Below are positions 45,705 through 48,248 of a DNA stretch of 48,248 bases, one piece after another (positions within the stretch are counted from its first letter, which is position 1; every line of letters begins with the position of its first letter). The translations under genes were made by a program, and so were the position numbers. The notes beneath the pieces are model-generated. The model was not told the origin of the DNA. It searched no databases and was given only the letters and a program-made list of their open reading frames with translations. The stretch comes from an uncultured Gammaproteobacteria bacterium (GTDB lineage Bacteria > Patescibacteriota > Microgenomatia > UBA1406 > HO2-37-13b), in contig CAZWRH010000001.1 of NCBI GenBank assembly GCA_964636045.1, forward strand, positions 1 to 48,248, in the 5' to 3' direction.

Positions 45705-46001
45705 TTAACTAATAATTGCTAATACGTCTTTTTGTTGGATAAGCATTAATTCTTGACCTTCAGCTTTAACTTCATTTCCTCCCCATTTTTTATACATAAT
45801 TTTTTGACCAACTTTTAAGATCATTTTTACAATTTTTCCATCTTCATCAAATCCTCCGTCACCAACAGCTAAAATTTCTCCCATTTGAGGTTTTTCTTTT
45901 ACTGTGTCTGGTAATATTATTCCAGATGGGGTTGTAGTTTCTGAGTCAAGCGGTTTAACTAATAAATAATCAAACAAAGGTTTTATATTTTTTGCCTTCA
46001 T
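45705..46001 (-). CDS. groS: Co-chaperonin GroES (Cpn10)
   Basis: IKPLFDYLLVKP...SGIILPDT...GEILAVG... It lies upstream of groEL. Confidence 0.95.
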   Translation of the reverse strand: MKAKNIKPLFDYLLVKPLDSETTTPSGIILPDTVKEKPQMGEILAVGDGGFDEDGKIVKMILKVGQKIMYKKWGGNEVKAEGQELMLIQQKDVLAIIS

Positions 46002-46026
46002 ATTTTTAAAAAGAAACTTGTAATAA

Positions 46027-46035
46027 TTTATAACA
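46027..46035 (-). promoter_or_regulatory. Extended -10 (TGtTATAAA) for groES-groEL, ~25 nt upstream of the ATG
   Basis: The minus strand reads caaTGTTATAAAttattacaag.... Confidence 0.4.
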
Positions 46036-46075
46036 TTGAAAGTAAGTAATTTTATATCAAATAGTTAATAACTTG

Positions 46076-46103
46076 TCAAGCACTTAAATGAATTGTCTGC
46101 TAA
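46076..46103. promoter_or_regulatory. CIRCE-like operator in the groES / lon-like divergent intergenic region
   Basis: tCAAGCACTT-aaatgaatt-GTCTGCTAA. The AGCACTT...TGCTAA half-sites have the same spacing as the hrcA element at 3397-3423. Confidence 0.6.
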
Positions 46104-46123
46104 TTTGTATTTTTTATTCTTTT

Positions 46124-46132
46124 TGTTATTCT
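46124..46132 (+). promoter_or_regulatory. Extended -10 (TGtTATTCT) 6 nt upstream of the lon-like ATG
   Basis: ttTGtTATTCTtaaattATG. The putative -35 (TTTGTA at 46104-46109) abuts the CIRCE element. Confidence 0.4.
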
Positions 46133-46138
46133 TAAATT

Positions 46139-47185
46139 ATGGATCAAAATATTGCTTTGGGAGAAATACAAAAACTTGTTGATAAAATTAAATCTGTAAA
46201 TTTACCACCAGACTTATTAGAAAAATCAAAAACGCAAATAGAGAGGATTGCTTTATCTTTAAAATTTGGGGGAAATTTAAATCAACTTGAATTAGTTTCT
46301 AAATATTTTGATTGGATAATAAATATTCCTTGGGATAAAAAAACTCAAGATATGTTAGATATAAAACAAGCAATTGAAATAATGAATAAAAATCATTATG
46401 GTCTTGAAGGGATAAAAAAAAGACTTCTTGAATATTTGTCAGTATTGATTTTGCAAACAAAACAATCAGGTTTTACTGGATATCATGCTCCAATTTTATT
46501 TTTTGTTGGACTTGCAGGAACCGGTAAAACTACTTTTGCAAAGTCAATTGCAGAAACTTTAGGAAGAAAATTTATCCGTATTCCTTTTGGAGGATTGTCA
46601 TCACCACTTGACCTTAGAGGTTTATCAAAAATTCAACCTGAAGCAGAGCCAGGTCAAATTATTAAATCAATATGTAGGTGTGGTGTTAAAAATCCAGTGA
46701 TTTTACTTGATGAACTTGATAGAATCGCGCCTGAAGCAAGGGGAGCTGTAATGGGTGTTTTACTTGAGCTTTTAGATCCTGAACAAAACAATCATTTTAC
46801 AGATCACTATATAGATTATCCACTTGATTTGTCTCAAGTGGTTTTTGTTGCAACCGCAAATAATACTTCAAATATCTCAACTGCTGTTATGGATCGTTTA
46901 GAAGTTATTCAAATGCCATCTTATTCAGATACAGAGAAAGTTGTTATTGCAAAGAGTTATATTCTACCTCACTTATCACAAGAATCAGGATTGCCTCAAG
47001 GAGTACTAAACGTTGATGACGTAGTATGGCAAAAAATCGCAAGACTTTCTGGATATGATCCAGGAATTAGAAGTGTTGAAAGATATGTTGAAACAATTGT
47101 TAGAAAAGTTGCTTTTAAATTTGTAAACGGAGAGGGAAGTAATTTTTTGATTAATGAAAATAATATTAAAGACTATATTGAATAA
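46139..47185 (+). CDS. Stand-alone LonA-type AAA+ module (no N-terminal LON/PUA domain, no S16 protease domain)
   Basis: ...YFDWIINIPWDKKTQD...NKNHYGLEGIKKRLLEYLSV (pre-AAA Lon helix); Walker A GLAGTGKTTFAKSIA; Walker B VILLDELDRI; ...FVATANNTSNISTAVMDRLEVIQMPSY. The ORF stops where the protease domain would begin. Confidence 0.75.
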   Translation: MDQNIALGEIQKLVDKIKSVNLPPDLLEKSKTQIERIALSLKFGGNLNQLELVSKYFDWIINIPWDKKTQDMLDIKQAIEIMNKNHYGLEGIKKRLLEYLSVLILQTKQSGFTGYHAPILFFVGLAGTGKTTFAKSIAETLGRKFIRIPFGGLSSPLDLRGLSKIQPEAEPGQIIKSICRCGVKNPVILLDELDRIAPEARGAVMGVLLELLDPEQNNHFTDHYIDYPLDLSQVVFVATANNTSNISTAVMDRLEVIQMPSYSDTEKVVIAKSYILPHLSQESGLPQGVLNVDDVVWQKIARLSGYDPGIRSVERYVETIVRKVAFKFVNGEGSNFLINENNIKDYIE

Positions 47186-47208
47186 TTTTTTGGTAAAATA
47201 TTCTTAAA

Positions 47209-47376
47209 ATGATTTCAAGAGTCGAAGGGATTACCACAACAGTCCAAACATTTTTAGATAAAAATGCAAAACCTGATATTAGATTGAAAAAAAGTAAAAA
47301 ATTAGTTGACTTAGAAAGTTTTGCATCTATCTTAAAAACAGAGATGTCAAAAACCAAAGAACAAAGAACAAATTGA
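47209..47376 (+). CDS. Possible small ORF (55 aa), hypothetical
   Basis: MISRVEGITTTVQTFLDKNAKPDIRLKKSKKLVDLESFASILKTEMSKTKEQRTN. It fills the gap between the lon-like and bpsA-like genes but has no supporting motif. Confidence 0.25.
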   Translation: MISRVEGITTTVQTFLDKNAKPDIRLKKSKKLVDLESFASILKTEMSKTKEQRTN

Positions 47377-47387
47377 AAAGTGATTAT

Positions 47388-48248
47388 ATGAATAATATTT
47401 CTTCTAATTTTTTTAAAAAAATATCTAGCAATCTAGATATTCCAGTTTCAGAAATCTATCGAGTTTTAAAGATTATCTTAGACAATAAAGTAATTGAAAA
47501 TAATTTATTTGTCAGAAAGGCTGGTATTCCAAAAACTCAAGTTGGTAGAATATTAACTGAGATTGGATTTTTACTTAAACCTCCATCAGTAAACATTGTT
47601 TTAAAAGATGAATTTATTGATTCTCTTAATATTTTTTTGAAAGAAAACTTTCCAAGTTTTAATGAGGTTTTTACAGAAGAATCTGTTAATTTTTTAAATA
47701 AAATTGTAGAAAATAGGCAAATTCCAAAAAGAGAGTTAGATCAATTTTTAGCAACAAAAGAAACTCTTTTAAAAAGAGCTAAATATTTATTTGAAAATGG
47801 TGATTTAATAGAAAGAAATATTTTATTTTTGGGAGATGATGATCACACTTCATGTATTGCAGCAGATATTTCTAAAAATTCAAAAATTAATGTATTAGAC
47901 ATTGATCGTGATGTATTAGATTCTGTTAAGAATAGCAATTCTAAATTATCTATAAATACTACTTACTACGATGTGAGAGAAAAATTGGATCAAAATTTAA
48001 AACAGAAATTTGATGTAGTTTTTACTGATCCACCATATTCATCTGCAGGGATTTCTTTATTTTTAAATAGATCTATTGAGCTGCTTAAACCAAAAATATC
48101 TTCAAGAATTTATTTATGCTATGGAAATAGTGAAAGAGCAAGAGAGAGAGAATTAGAAATTCAAATCATAATTAGTAATTTCGGATTAAGAATTAGAGAT
48201 AAAATTTCTCATTTTAATGAATATTTAAAAGCAGAAAGTATTGGTAGT
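47388..48248 (+). CDS. DUF43 / BpsA-like aminopropyltransferase (branched-chain polyamine synthase family), 3' end off the window
   Basis: The open frame runs from ATG 47388 to the window end. It contains ...ILFLGDDDHTSCIAA...INVLDIDRDVL...FDVVFTDPPYSSAGISLFLNRSIELLK. These are the GDDD / DID / TDPP motifs I associate with PF01861. Confidence 0.6.
   Translation, partial: MNNISSNFFKKISSNLDIPVSEIYRVLKIILDNKVIENNLFVRKAGIPKTQVGRILTEIGFLLKPPSVNIVLKDEFIDSLNIFLKENFPSFNEVFTEESVNFLNKIVENRQIPKRELDQFLATKETLLKRAKYLFENGDLIERNILFLGDDDHTSCIAADISKNSKINVLDIDRDVLDSVKNSNSKLSINTTYYDVREKLDQNLKQKFDVVFTDPPYSSAGISLFLNRSIELLKPKISSRIYLCYGNSERARERELEIQIIISNFGLRIRDKISHFNEYLKAESIGS

Overview
AT-rich, very gene-dense window: about 50 CDS plus one tRNA, with many 1-20 nt overlaps. 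It uses the standard genetic code, since TGA/TAA/TAG all fall at natural gene ends. The content looks like a streamlined Patescibacteria/CPR-type bacterium, an inference from gene content only. The backbone is housekeeping. It includes efp, rarA, a CIRCE-controlled hrcA-grpE-dnaK-dnaJ operon, rpsO-pnp, ftsK, a murJ-deoA-mltG operon and rpsT. It also includes tpiA, uvrD, a FemAB-family gene, a dnaG-rpoD-helicase/nuclease operon, recF, tRNA-Ser(CGA), rmlC/rmlB, rodZ and groES-groEL. I saw no rRNA, CRISPR array, transposase or integrase. The most unusual locus is 34.7-41.8 kb. A ClpB/ClpC-type double-ring AAA+ unfoldase there carries a ~240-aa insertion of four tandem repeats exactly where ClpA/ClpC/ClpX carry their ClpP-docking loop. 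The same protein has a C-terminal zinc ribbon and a His in place of the D1 pore-loop Tyr. It is tightly co-transcribed with three small membrane proteins, one with an HExxH M50B-like motif and one VirB2/T4SS-pilin-like. The operon is arranged divergently from two Cys-rich secreted cell-wall hydrolases, across a mirror-symmetric promoter pair that appears leaderless. Other notable items: a leaderless 24-codon uORF plus intrinsic terminator ahead of a UMP-kinase::methyltransferase fusion; an RHH::sugar-nucleotidyltransferase fusion; a Lon AAA+ module with no protease domain; a PilN/PilO cluster with surface proteins sharing a C-terminal sorting-like motif; a JAMM-motif protein; and archaeal-type AMP phosphorylase and BpsA-like genes. 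Across the window, -10 boxes sit 5-10 nt from start codons, which suggests leaderless mRNAs. All calls rest on reading motifs in the translations and DNA by eye. No database search was run.
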